Origin: an uncultured delta proteobacterium
GTDB taxonomy: Bacteria > Myxococcota_A > Polyangia > Polyangiales > Polyangiaceae
NCBI GenBank assembly: GCA_963841435.1
Contig: CAWJCS010000006.1
Span: 1,024,001 to 1,088,000, forward strand
DNA length: 64,000 nucleotides
Direction of reading: 5' to 3'
Part shown: positions 16,952-26,989 of the stretch, one piece after another
Layout: every line of letters starts with the position of its first letter
Position numbering within the stretch: position 1 is the stretch's first letter
Made by a program: the position numbers and the translations under genes
Notes under the pieces: model-generated
Told to the model about the DNA's origin: nothing
Databases searched by the model: none
Seen by the model: only the letters and a program-made list of their open reading frames with translations

Positions 16952-19507
16952 ATGAGGCTTGGAAAATTCTTTGGGACCGCACTCGTCCTGACCCTTGGGA
17001 CTGCGAGCATCGCGTGCAGCTCGGGCTCGCGCGCCGGCGCCGACAGTGACGGCGACGGTAGGCCCGACGTGGTGGATCTTTGTCCCGGCACGACCAACGC
17101 CATCGCGGGTCCTGACGGTTGCGCGAAGGGAGAGGACGGCGACGCCGACGGTCTCGACACCGGTGACGATCTCTGCCCCGGCACGCCCACGGGCGCCGAC
17201 GTCGACGCTTACGGTTGCTCGGCCGAGCAACGGGCCGCCGGCGTCGGTGCGGGCGTATTCGGCGGTGCGACGCGAGGCGTTGACGAGCGCTTGCCGGGTG
17301 AGGCTCCGGATGGCGTGACATCGGGCGATTCGCAGGGCAACGAGGTTGACGTCGCGGGCCCGCTCGCTCCTGCGGCATCGACCGCAGAGGAGGCGCAGGC
17401 GTTGCTCGACGACCCGCCGGAGACGGGCTCCGTCAGGAACGGCTTCGTCGCGCTTGTCGTCGATCGCCAAAGCGACCGTCCGCTCGTGTTCTTCACGTTC
17501 GCCTCGAACGTCACGACGCTCGAAAACGGCTACGAGGTGCACGGCGCGTTGCTCCTGACGACACCGCTCGGCCAGGTACCCATCGCGAACGCATCGGTCG
17601 TCTTCGAGAAAGGCGACGACCCGAAGTATGGCCTCGAGCGGGTGCGCGGCTTCGTCGGTATGCCGTTCCCCGTCGCCGGCGCGCTCCGGGGCTTCGAGGT
17701 CGACGATCTCGTGACGGCGTCGATCGGCCTCGACTGGGGGAAGAACCTGAAGGACCTCGAGGCGCCCATCCACGACGATCGGAAGTACCTGTTCTTCCAC
17801 TACCAAACGGGGTTCGAGGCGAGGAGCGGTCCCATCAGCATCACGCTCCCCGGCGCCGCCGACGCGACGCTGATTTTCGATCCCTTCGATCCTTTCCTGT
17901 TCGCGCGGGGCAGCTTGCTCGGTCTGTCGGCGCTCGGCCCGGTCGAAGACGTCGCGCTCGGCCTTTCGGCACGCGGCCGGATCCCGTTCGCGCCAGAGAC
18001 CACCTTCGAGCTCGGCGCCGGTATCGAGCCGTTCGAAGGGCAGCTCTACTTCGGGGGCTCCGTGCCGCTCGCGCGCCTCCCGATGACGCTGAGCGGGCAC
18101 ATGGTGCTCGACATCGACCCGAACGGCGACGGACGCCCGCTCGGCGCGATCGACCAGGCCGGCATGGAGCTCGGCTTGAACGGCGACGTGGCGCTCACGG
18201 CGAGCTTTCTCGACATCCTGAGCTTCGAGGCACCCATCGGTCAGGCGACGGTCGGGCTGCGCGTTACCGGCGACGAACAGCAGGCTTACTTGTCCGGCGT
18301 GATCGAGCCCGACCAGTCGTTCTTGCCCGACGAGCTGCCGCTTCGCGCCGAGCAGACGATCGAGGTAGCGGGCTTCATCAGTAGCGAGATCGAGGATTCG
18401 TACCTGGTTCTCGAGGGTGAGTACCGGATGGTGGGCTCGAGTCTCACGCAGAAGGTCGGCGTGGATCTCTCGGACCTCGCCGTCGCCGAGGCCCGGCTCG
18501 ACGTCGATCGCCGTGGCTTCCGCCTCGCGGGAACGATGCGCGTGGGCGTCACGCTGGCCAAGGACCTCGAAATCGGTGGCGGCGCGGCGGTCGAAGCGTT
18601 CTTTGCCGACGACCCGGCCGACTTCTACGTGCGCATCACCGGTGACGTGACGGTTGCCGGACAGGAGCTGTTCGACGCCCGCGTGCGCATGGATGCCCAC
18701 GGGCTCTTCGTCGAAGGCGAGCTCGATACCGGCGTGAGCCGCATCGCCGTGACGGGGTTCATCACCCAGAGAGGCGCCGAGCTCGGCGGCGAAGCGTCGG
18801 TCCACATCCCCGTGCAGACCGGCAAGAAGGTGCTGGAGACGCTCGTCGATGGCGCCATCTGCGGCTACGAGGCGGTGACGGACGGCGCGAAATGCGGCTA
18901 CGAGGTCGTCAGCGACGGCGCCGTGTGCGGCTACGAGAAGGTGACGGACGGTGCCGTGTGCGGGTACCAGACGGTGACGAACGGCGCGGTGTGCGGCTAC
19001 CAAACGGTGACGAGCGGCGCGTTGTGCGGCTACCAGACGGTGACGAGCGGCGTGCTCTGCGGGACGCACGAGGTGTGCAAGTGGCTCGGCGCGATTGGTA
19101 TCCACGTCTGTGACGACGCGCCCAACACCTGCTCGGTGCCGAAGACCTGCACCGATCCGAGCGCGCCGAAGACGTGTACCGACCTCTCGCTGCCGAAGAC
19201 CTGCAACGACCTCGCAAAGCCCAAGACGTGCGCCGATCTCGCTCGGCCCAAGACCTGCGCCGATCTCGAAAAGCCGCGGACGTGCGAGCACGAGAGCGTG
19301 ATCCCGGATTTCGACTACGGCACGCTCGAGGGCAAGATCGCGCTATCGCTCGGAACGCGCGGGCTTTCGGGTGAGGTGAGCGGCGACTACTGCGAAAGCG
19401 GCGGCGGCTGCACGCGCCTCGCGGGCGGCCGCGTGAAGGTCGGCGACCCGCTGACGGCGTGCATCGACGTGCCGCCCGGGCTCGGCGAGTTCTGCGCGCC
19501 CTTCTGA
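16952..19507 (+). CDS. Large lipoprotein: TSP3-like Ca-binding repeats, extended beta-rich region, Cys-repeat insert
   Basis: SD GGAGGAG; lipobox SIAC; DSDGDGRPDVVDLCPGT and DGDADGLDTGDDLCPGT; 11-aa and 9-aa Cys repeat arrays. Confidence 0.85.
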   Translation: MRLGKFFGTALVLTLGTASIACSSGSRAGADSDGDGRPDVVDLCPGTTNAIAGPDGCAKGEDGDADGLDTGDDLCPGTPTGADVDAYGCSAEQRAAGVGAGVFGGATRGVDERLPGEAPDGVTSGDSQGNEVDVAGPLAPAASTAEEAQALLDDPPETGSVRNGFVALVVDRQSDRPLVFFTFASNVTTLENGYEVHGALLLTTPLGQVPIANASVVFEKGDDPKYGLERVRGFVGMPFPVAGALRGFEVDDLVTASIGLDWGKNLKDLEAPIHDDRKYLFFHYQTGFEARSGPISITLPGAADATLIFDPFDPFLFARGSLLGLSALGPVEDVALGLSARGRIPFAPETTFELGAGIEPFEGQLYFGGSVPLARLPMTLSGHMVLDIDPNGDGRPLGAIDQAGMELGLNGDVALTASFLDILSFEAPIGQATVGLRVTGDEQQAYLSGVIEPDQSFLPDELPLRAEQTIEVAGFISSEIEDSYLVLEGEYRMVGSSLTQKVGVDLSDLAVAEARLDVDRRGFRLAGTMRVGVTLAKDLEIGGGAAVEAFFADDPADFYVRITGDVTVAGQELFDARVRMDAHGLFVEGELDTGVSRIAVTGFITQRGAELGGEASVHIPVQTGKKVLETLVDGAICGYEAVTDGAKCGYEVVSDGAVCGYEKVTDGAVCGYQTVTNGAVCGYQTVTSGALCGYQTVTSGVLCGTHEVCKWLGAIGIHVCDDAPNTCSVPKTCTDPSAPKTCTDLSLPKTCNDLAKPKTCADLARPKTCADLEKPRTCEHESVIPDFDYGTLEGKIALSLGTRGLSGEVSGDYCESGGGCTRLAGGRVKVGDPLTACIDVPPGLGEFCAPF
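18848..19078 (+). repeat. 33-bp coding tandem repeat x7 (xGAxCGY(E/Q)xV(T/S))
   Basis: Cys codons at 18860, 18893, 18926, 18959, 18992, 19025, 19058. Confidence 0.92.
19121..19295 (+). repeat. 27-bp coding tandem repeat (PKTCxDLxx) x6 plus one short unit
   Basis: Cys codons at 19130, 19148, 19175, 19202, 19229, 19256, 19283. Confidence 0.92.
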
Positions 19508-19528
19508 GCCATCGCACGGGGCGTCGTT

Positions 19529-19565
19529 GGGCGGGTCCCTCCGGGGCCCGCCCGTCGTCGTTTTG
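19529..19565 (+). terminator. Possible intrinsic terminator between convergent genes
   Basis: GGGCGGGTCCC-TCC-GGGGCCCGCCC stem, then a short T run at 19561-19564. Confidence 0.45.
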
Positions 19566-19569
19566 TGCG

Positions 19570-21054
19570 TCAGGGCGCTTTTCGGACGGCGTGCAGGATC
19601 GCGAGCCGGGTGCCTCGCCCGGCGACGGGCGGGGACGGTTCGGTGAGGGTCCCGTCCGGCTGGATCTGGAAGCTGTGCGTGTCTACGTCAGTGGTGACGA
19701 ACAGGTGCCGGCCGGTTCGGTTGACGGCGAGATCTCCGGGCCTCGTCAGGGGGATGCCGCTCACGCCGTTCAGCGTGTCGTCGTCGAGGTCGATGAGCTC
19801 GGGCTGCGCGGTGCCTGCCTTGAAGGCCCAGAGTGCGTCGCCGCCCACGGCGTAGACGAACCCGCCGGCGGGGTGGACCGCCATCCGCGAAAGTTCCAGG
19901 TTCCCGTTCGGGGTCGAACCGGCGTACGGCGCAAGCCTCGGTGAAAACGACCTCACGCTGAACGATTCGAGGTGGTCCCCGAAGAGGACGTAGACGAGCT
20001 CACCGGACGGGGCGACCGCGACCTGTTGGGGCGGGTACCCGTCGTTGATGTCGAGTGCGGCCGTGTCGCGGGGGGAAAGCGTTCCCGCCTGCGCGTCGAA
20101 AGAGACGGCGTTCACGGTGCTCGAGAACGAATACGGGTCCTGGATGACGTACACCCAGGCGCCCGACGGATCGAACACGGGCGACCACGGCTTGTTGATG
20201 GAAAGCCGCTCTAGCTGGGCAATTCGACCGGGGTACTGGTCGTGGTCGAACGAATAGAGGTAGACGCCGCCGCCGGAGCCGTTGCTGTCCCCGTTCGCGA
20301 CCAAAAGGAAGTCGTGGTCCAGCCCCGCGGGGCCCGCGAGCATTGCGCCCGTGGCGTATTGCGTGGTGGGCTCACCCGACGTTTCCATCGGCTGGGTTTG
20401 CAGGCTCTCCTCGAGCTCGAGCGTGTCCGGATCGACGTTGAAGGTGTGCGTGATCTGGCCGCCTTTTCCACTGAGGGCCACCACGTGCTGCCGGTCGGGG
20501 GCCGAGAGCAGGTCACCGCTGACACTGGAGGCGTGTTGGATCACGCTAAGGGGCGTGGCGTCGAGCCCGCCCGATGGCTCGACTCCGAACCCGACGAGGT
20601 TGGGCGAGGAACTCTCTTTCATGACGTACACCGCGACGGGCGCGAGCTCGCACCGCGGATCGGCGAGCGCCTCCTCGCCGTCGCAGCTCACCGGGCCCGC
20701 GCCGCCCTCGCCCGCCGCGCCGCCGGGCGCCTCACCCGCCGCGCCACCGGGCGCCTCACCCGCCGCGCCGCCCGCCGCGGTGCCGCCACGCCCGCCGACG
20801 CTCGAGCCCGCTTGACCACCTTTTCCGCCGCGGCCGCCGAGATCCTGAGCCCCCGCCTCGCCGCCCTCGCCGGCCTGTCCTCCCTCGTTGCTTTTCGGCG
20901 GCTCGCCGAACGCGTAGCGATCCAAATCGAGGGTCAACGAGCACGCCGAGCCGAGCACGCCGAGCACGACCCAGCCGCCGAGCGTGCGCCGGGCACGGCC
21001 GCCCGAGCGCGACCTCGAGGTGCGGTCGGGCGGGGCAGTCAGCTTCGGGCGCAT
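19570..21054 (-). CDS. Lactonase-like beta-propeller lipoprotein
   Basis: LGSAC lipobox, Gly-rich linker, repeated blades (FDPSGAWVYV, VAPSGELVYV, VHPAGGFVYA, VNRTGRHLFV); start uncertain. Confidence 0.78.
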   Translation of the reverse strand: MRPKLTAPPDRTSRSRSGGRARRTLGGWVVLGVLGSACSLTLDLDRYAFGEPPKSNEGGQAGEGGEAGAQDLGGRGGKGGQAGSSVGGRGGTAAGGAAGEAPGGAAGEAPGGAAGEGGAGPVSCDGEEALADPRCELAPVAVYVMKESSSPNLVGFGVEPSGGLDATPLSVIQHASSVSGDLLSAPDRQHVVALSGKGGQITHTFNVDPDTLELEESLQTQPMETSGEPTTQYATGAMLAGPAGLDHDFLLVANGDSNGSGGGVYLYSFDHDQYPGRIAQLERLSINKPWSPVFDPSGAWVYVIQDPYSFSSTVNAVSFDAQAGTLSPRDTAALDINDGYPPQQVAVAPSGELVYVLFGDHLESFSVRSFSPRLAPYAGSTPNGNLELSRMAVHPAGGFVYAVGGDALWAFKAGTAQPELIDLDDDTLNGVSGIPLTRPGDLAVNRTGRHLFVTTDVDTHSFQIQPDGTLTEPSPPVAGRGTRLAILHAVRKAP

Positions 21055-21165
21055 GGGTCGTTGAACGTAAAAGGAGACGCTCCGACCGTGCGCTCGAACG
21101 CCGACGGCCGCAAGCCCGGGCGCGCTTCTTGCGCGGGCCGCGCCCTTCGGGCCTACTCGTGGGCG

Positions 21166-22218
21166 ATGAGCGACAAGAGGTTGGCCGCCCAACGCGTTGC
21201 GCTCGGTCTCGTGCTTTCGCTCGGGGCTCCCTCGGTGCGCGCAGAGCCCGCGCCGACGGCGTCCGACGCGACGGCGTCCGACGCGACGGCACGCGCCCGC
21301 GCCGACACCCTCTTCCGCGAGGGGCGCCAGCTGATCGCCGAGGGAAAACTGGAGCTCGCCTGCACGCGCTTCGAGCAGAGCCAGTCGCTCGACCCGTCAC
21401 CCGGGACGCTCCTCAATCTCGGCGCGTGCCACGAAAAGCGCGGCGACCTCGTGCGCGCGCAGCAGGACTTCGAGCGTGCTTCGGCCCTCGCGCTAAAGCA
21501 CCCGGATCCGACGCGGCGCAGGGCGTGGACGGCCGCGGCCGAGAAGGAGCTCGGGGCGCTCACGCCACGCATTCCGAAGCTTCGCTTGAAGCTTCCCGCG
21601 ACTCCCTCGCTCGGTGTGTGGCTCGACGGCGCCGAGCTCGCGCAACCACTGCCCGAGGCGGGGACGCTCGTCAACCCGGGCGCCCACGCGATCGAGGCCC
21701 GGGCGCCCAGTCGGGCGACGTGGCACGCGTCCCTCAGCGTCGCCGAAGGCGAGGTGTCGAGCGTGGTCATCCCCGAGCTCGTGCCGCTCCTCGCACCCGA
21801 GCCGGCGGCACCCGCCGGGCACGACGGGGGCGCTGCAGCCTCGCGCGTCCCGGCGTTCGTGGCATTCGGGGCGTCGGGGGCGCTCCTCGGTGCTGGCGTC
21901 GTGACCGGTGTGCTCGCAAAGTCCGCCCAAGCAGACCTCGACGAGCGCTGCACCGCTCCGGATCCAGCGCGGCCCGGCGGTGTGCTCTGCGATCCGTCGT
22001 TGCGCTCGACGCGCGACCGTGCGCGGACGCTCAGCATCGTCACCGACGTGCTCTGGGTCGGCGCGGTGGCGAGCGCGGGGCTCGGCGCGTACTTCTGGCT
22101 CAGCGCGCCGGCTCACGACGACCGGGGCGCGGAGCCGGCGTCGCGCGATGCTGCGGCACGTGTCTCGGCTGGCTGTGACGGCACGGGCTGCGCGCTCGCC
22201 GTCGCGGGCGCGTTCTGA
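21166..22218 (+). CDS. Secreted TPR + PEGA-like protein with C-terminal membrane segments
   Basis: A..LFREGR...AC.RFEQS..LDPSPGTLLNLGACHE; V.LDG...VNPG.H.IEA; ends LAVAGAF. Confidence 0.82.
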   Translation: MSDKRLAAQRVALGLVLSLGAPSVRAEPAPTASDATASDATARARADTLFREGRQLIAEGKLELACTRFEQSQSLDPSPGTLLNLGACHEKRGDLVRAQQDFERASALALKHPDPTRRRAWTAAAEKELGALTPRIPKLRLKLPATPSLGVWLDGAELAQPLPEAGTLVNPGAHAIEARAPSRATWHASLSVAEGEVSSVVIPELVPLLAPEPAAPAGHDGGAAASRVPAFVAFGASGALLGAGVVTGVLAKSAQADLDERCTAPDPARPGGVLCDPSLRSTRDRARTLSIVTDVLWVGAVASAGLGAYFWLSAPAHDDRGAEPASRDAAARVSAGCDGTGCALAVAGAF

Positions 22219-22221
22219 GCA

Positions 22222-23745
22222 CTATCTGAGATCGAAGGCGTCGACGGTGGCCGGCTTTTGCGGCTGGCTCGGGGGCGACGCCGTCGCGCGGGTTTCAGCG
22301 GTTTTGGGCGCCGGCGCTGCGCCCTTCGTCGGCGGTGACGCGGCGCTCGGCGCCGAAACCGGGGCGCGCCCTGCGCGTGCCGGGGGACGCCCTCGCGGCG
22401 CCGCGGTCGTGGGCGCATGGTTGGGCTCGGGCGCTGCGGAGGCGGAGGCGGAGGCGGAAGGTAGGACGGGCTCCACCGTCGGCGCGCGCTCGGCGTTCGG
22501 GGCCGCGGGAGTCGGCGTAGCGTTGGGCGCGTCGGTGGTACTTTGCGCCGCGGGTGCGGGTGCCGCGCTCTCGGGCAGGGGGGCGGCGGGCGCCGCCGCG
22601 TCGCTCTCGCTCGTCACCGCGGGCCGGCTCGCGAGCACGAAAACCGCGACGAGCCCTGCGCCGGCGGCAGCGCTGACGAGCAGCCTGCGTGAGCGCTTCT
22701 TCGGTTCGAGCGGGGCGCTCTGCACGGGCGCGAGCGACTTCTCCGTCGGCGTGCCCGGCGCCGGCTCGGCGAGCGCGGTCGCGGAGTGACCCGAAACGCG
22801 TGCCGACGGTGCCGCACGGACGACATCGACGACAAAGCCCTCGAGCGCCGCGCCGAGCGCGCCGACGGCCTCGCTGGCGGTCGAAAATCGGCGCTCAGGC
22901 CGCGCTTCCAGGCAGCGGAGCAGCCAGGCGTCGAACGACGCGGGCACGCTTCCCGTGAGACCCTGCTCGCGGATCCGCTCGGACGGCGCCGTCCGGTCCG
23001 CGCTGCCGATCTCGCCGAGCACCGCGAGCAGGTTCGGGTTCTCGCCGTACGCTCCCTTCCAGTAAACCTTGCCCGTGACGAGGTAATAGGCGACGAGCCC
23101 GAGCGCCCAGACGTCCGTCTCCGGGGAGACACGCTGCGCGCGGATCTGCTCGGGCGCCATGTAGAGCGGCGTGCCCTTGAGGTCGGTGCTCACGTGCGAG
23201 GTGTCACCGAGCACCTTGGCGATACCGAAGTCGAGAATGCGCACGAACGGCCGGTCGCTGTCGGCGTCGGTCACGAAGAGATTCTCGGGCTTGAGATCGC
23301 GGTGAACGATGGGTTGCGGAGTGCCGTTCGCTGCGCGGTGAGCGTGGGCGGCGTCGAGGCCTGCTGCGACCTGCTCGAGCAGCAGGAGCGCCCGCGCGGG
23401 CTCGAGCGGTCCGCTTCGCTGCACGAGCGTGCGCAGGTCCTCCCCATCGAGGAGCTCCATCACGAGGTAGGGCAGCTCGCCGTCCTCGGCGAAGCCAGCG
23501 TCGAGCACCTTGACGATATGGGGCGAAGCGACGCGGGCCGCGACGCGCGCTTCGAGCTCGAAACGCTGCCGCGCGCCGGCCTGCTCGAGAACCTCGGGCC
23601 ACAGCACCTTCACGGCAAGGCGCATTTCCGTGGTCACGTGGCGCGCCTCGAAGACGGCGCCCATGCCGCCCTGCGCGAGCTGTCGCTCGAGCCGGTAGCG
23701 CTTACCCAAAACGACCCCCGGGGTAAGGCTCAGGCGCGAGCTCAT
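22222..23745 (-). CDS. Membrane Ser/Thr protein kinase
   Basis: LAQGGMGAVF, AVK, HRDLKPEN, DFG, GTPLYMAPE; TM helix; Pro/Ala tail. Confidence 0.95.
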   Translation of the reverse strand: MSSRLSLTPGVVLGKRYRLERQLAQGGMGAVFEARHVTTEMRLAVKVLWPEVLEQAGARQRFELEARVAARVASPHIVKVLDAGFAEDGELPYLVMELLDGEDLRTLVQRSGPLEPARALLLLEQVAAGLDAAHAHRAANGTPQPIVHRDLKPENLFVTDADSDRPFVRILDFGIAKVLGDTSHVSTDLKGTPLYMAPEQIRAQRVSPETDVWALGLVAYYLVTGKVYWKGAYGENPNLLAVLGEIGSADRTAPSERIREQGLTGSVPASFDAWLLRCLEARPERRFSTASEAVGALGAALEGFVVDVVRAAPSARVSGHSATALAEPAPGTPTEKSLAPVQSAPLEPKKRSRRLLVSAAAGAGLVAVFVLASRPAVTSESDAAAPAAPLPESAAPAPAAQSTTDAPNATPTPAAPNAERAPTVEPVLPSASASASAAPEPNHAPTTAAPRGRPPARAGRAPVSAPSAASPPTKGAAPAPKTAETRATASPPSQPQKPATVDAFDLR

Positions 23746-23850
23746 GGCCCCAACCGTATCAGCCAGAGTGCGCGGCCGCACCGCGAAATGACCTCGTGAG
23801 CGCGGCCGGGCGGCGCGCTCGCCGATCGGGTAGCCTGGGGAGAGCCCTCG

Positions 23851-25242
<1,392 letters not shown>

Positions 25243-25285
25243 AGCAGATGCGGCCTGACCCCGGGGCGCGCGTGGGGGGTTCTGC

Positions 25286-25714
25286 TCAGGCGGCGGGCGG
25301 GTTCGGCGGCATGCGGAACACGATGAGCCGCCGCACCGGATAGGCGAAGCCTGCGAACACGATGAACGTGCCGACGAAGCCCACGACCTCGGGCGCGAGC
25401 ATCGTCAGGCGCTCGACGAGGTAACGGAACACCGTGTAGTTCAAATACAGCGTGATGCTCTCGGCGACGACGAACAGCCACGCCTGCCTCGACAGCTTTC
25501 CCGCGGTCGCGCGAAACGTGAAGCTGCGATTGCCGAAAAACTGAAAGCACGCGCCTGCGACGAGCGCGGGCACACGAGCCGAGGTGGGCGCCATCCCGAT
25601 GGCCCGGATGCAGGTCGTGAAGATCGAAAAGTCCGTCAAGGTCGCGCCGCTGCCCACGATCAGCGCGCGCCCGAAGCGGTAGGCGCGGGTGAGGAGCGGC
25701 TCCCTTTCGACCAC
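25286..25714 (-). CDS. GtrA-family membrane protein
   Basis: VGSGATLTDF, F.GNRSFTFR; 4 TM helices. Confidence 0.82.
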   Translation of the reverse strand: MVEREPLLTRAYRFGRALIVGSGATLTDFSIFTTCIRAIGMAPTSARVPALVAGACFQFFGNRSFTFRATAGKLSRQAWLFVVAESITLYLNYTVFRYLVERLTMLAPEVVGFVGTFIVFAGFAYPVRRLIVFRMPPNPPAA

Positions 25715-25887
25715 GCTCCAATATCAGGCCAAATGGGTCGTTTTGTCCACTTCCCGGCCGCGGCTTCGGCCTTGCCGAGCGTTCTCACACGGTGGCTCGC
25801 GCCTGGCGAGGCTCACGTCTTCGACCGTCAGGTCCTTTTCGGTTGCGCCGATCTTGCTGCCCGCGGCGGCCGCCGCAACCCTGCCGG

Positions 25888-26922
25888 TCACCCAGCGTCG
25901 GGCGTCGAGAGGTCGGGTCGCGACGTCGCGAGATCGCGCAGGATCTCGGCGACGGCTTCGTAGAGCGCTTCGGGGATCTCGTCGCCGATCTCGAGCTCGG
26001 CGAGCGCGCGGGCCACGGGCACGTCCCGAACGCAGGGGATGCCGTAGGCGTGCGCCGCCTCGATGATGCGCCGCGCGAGGTCGCCGTGGCCGAGTGCGAC
26101 GAGCCTGGGCGCCTCGTCCTCGCCCTCGACGTAGCGCAGCGCGCTCGCGACGTGCGTGGGATTCACGACGACCACGGTCGCGTCCTTGACGGCATTGACA
26201 ATCGACCCCGCGAGGGCTTCCTGGTGCGCGCGGCGGCGCCTCGCCTTGATCTCGGGGTCGCCTTCGGCTTCCCGGTGCTCGCGGCGCACGTCGTCCTTGG
26301 TCATGCGGTGGCGGAGCCGAAATGCCCGATGCTGCAGCGCCACGTCGATTCCGGCGAGCGCGAGCCCGACGAGCGCCGCCTCGACGCCGAGCTGCTTGCC
26401 GAGCGTCGCGACGAGCGGCCCGATGGTATCCGGGTTGCCGGCGGCGTTCACGAGGTCCGCGGCGTGGTCGCGCAGCGTGACGAAGCAAAGGACGCCGACG
26501 GCGCCCGCCGCGACGAGCGCGCGCGCGAGCCCGGCGATGCGTTCCATGCGAAACAGGGCGGAAAGCCCCGCGATGGGATCGAGCCGCTCGAGCTTGGGCG
26601 TGAGCCGCGTGCCAGAGAAGACGCCGCCCGTCTGCACGAGCGAGACGGCGCCGGCCGTGAAGGCGACGGCGAGGAGGATGGGTAACGAGAGGAGGAGCAC
26701 CTCGACGGGTAGCGTCACCGCCGTCGACGCGGGTCGGCCGGCGAGCGCCCGGTGCAAGAGCTCGCTCGCGCGCGCCGCCGTGGCGACGATCGCGCCCGGC
26801 ACGAGCAACACCGCCGCCCACAGCGAAAGCGCCTGGCCGAGCGCGTGGGAAAGCGGGCTGTCGCCCTCTTCACGCGCCTTTCTCAGCCGGCGCGGCGAGG
26901 GCTCCTCGGTCTTCATCGCCAT
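25888..26922 (-). CDS. FlhB/EscU/YscU (SctU) family type III export switch protein
   Basis: KTEEPSPRRLRKAREEG, RMTKDDVRREHREAEGDPEIKARRR, NPTH autocleavage motif, VPVARAL, EIPEALYEAVAEIL. Confidence 0.92.
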   Translation of the reverse strand: MAMKTEEPSPRRLRKAREEGDSPLSHALGQALSLWAAVLLVPGAIVATAARASELLHRALAGRPASTAVTLPVEVLLLSLPILLAVAFTAGAVSLVQTGGVFSGTRLTPKLERLDPIAGLSALFRMERIAGLARALVAAGAVGVLCFVTLRDHAADLVNAAGNPDTIGPLVATLGKQLGVEAALVGLALAGIDVALQHRAFRLRHRMTKDDVRREHREAEGDPEIKARRRRAHQEALAGSIVNAVKDATVVVVNPTHVASALRYVEGEDEAPRLVALGHGDLARRIIEAAHAYGIPCVRDVPVARALAELEIGDEIPEALYEAVAEILRDLATSRPDLSTPDAG

Positions 26923-26989
26923 GGTTGCCCCGCATCGGTCGCCGTGTGCTCCGAGTTGCCGCCCTGTTCCACGCGCCCTCCGATCGGCC

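Noticed and set aside
15545-19291. 1248-aa minus-strand ORF
   Set aside because: Only the last 401 aa (from 16750) look like a real gene; the rest is the antisense shadow of the 16952 gene, expected at this GC content.
18848-19295. 33-bp and 27-bp repeats as a CRISPR array
   Set aside because: No spacers, periods are multiples of 3 with synonymous variation, and no cas genes are present.
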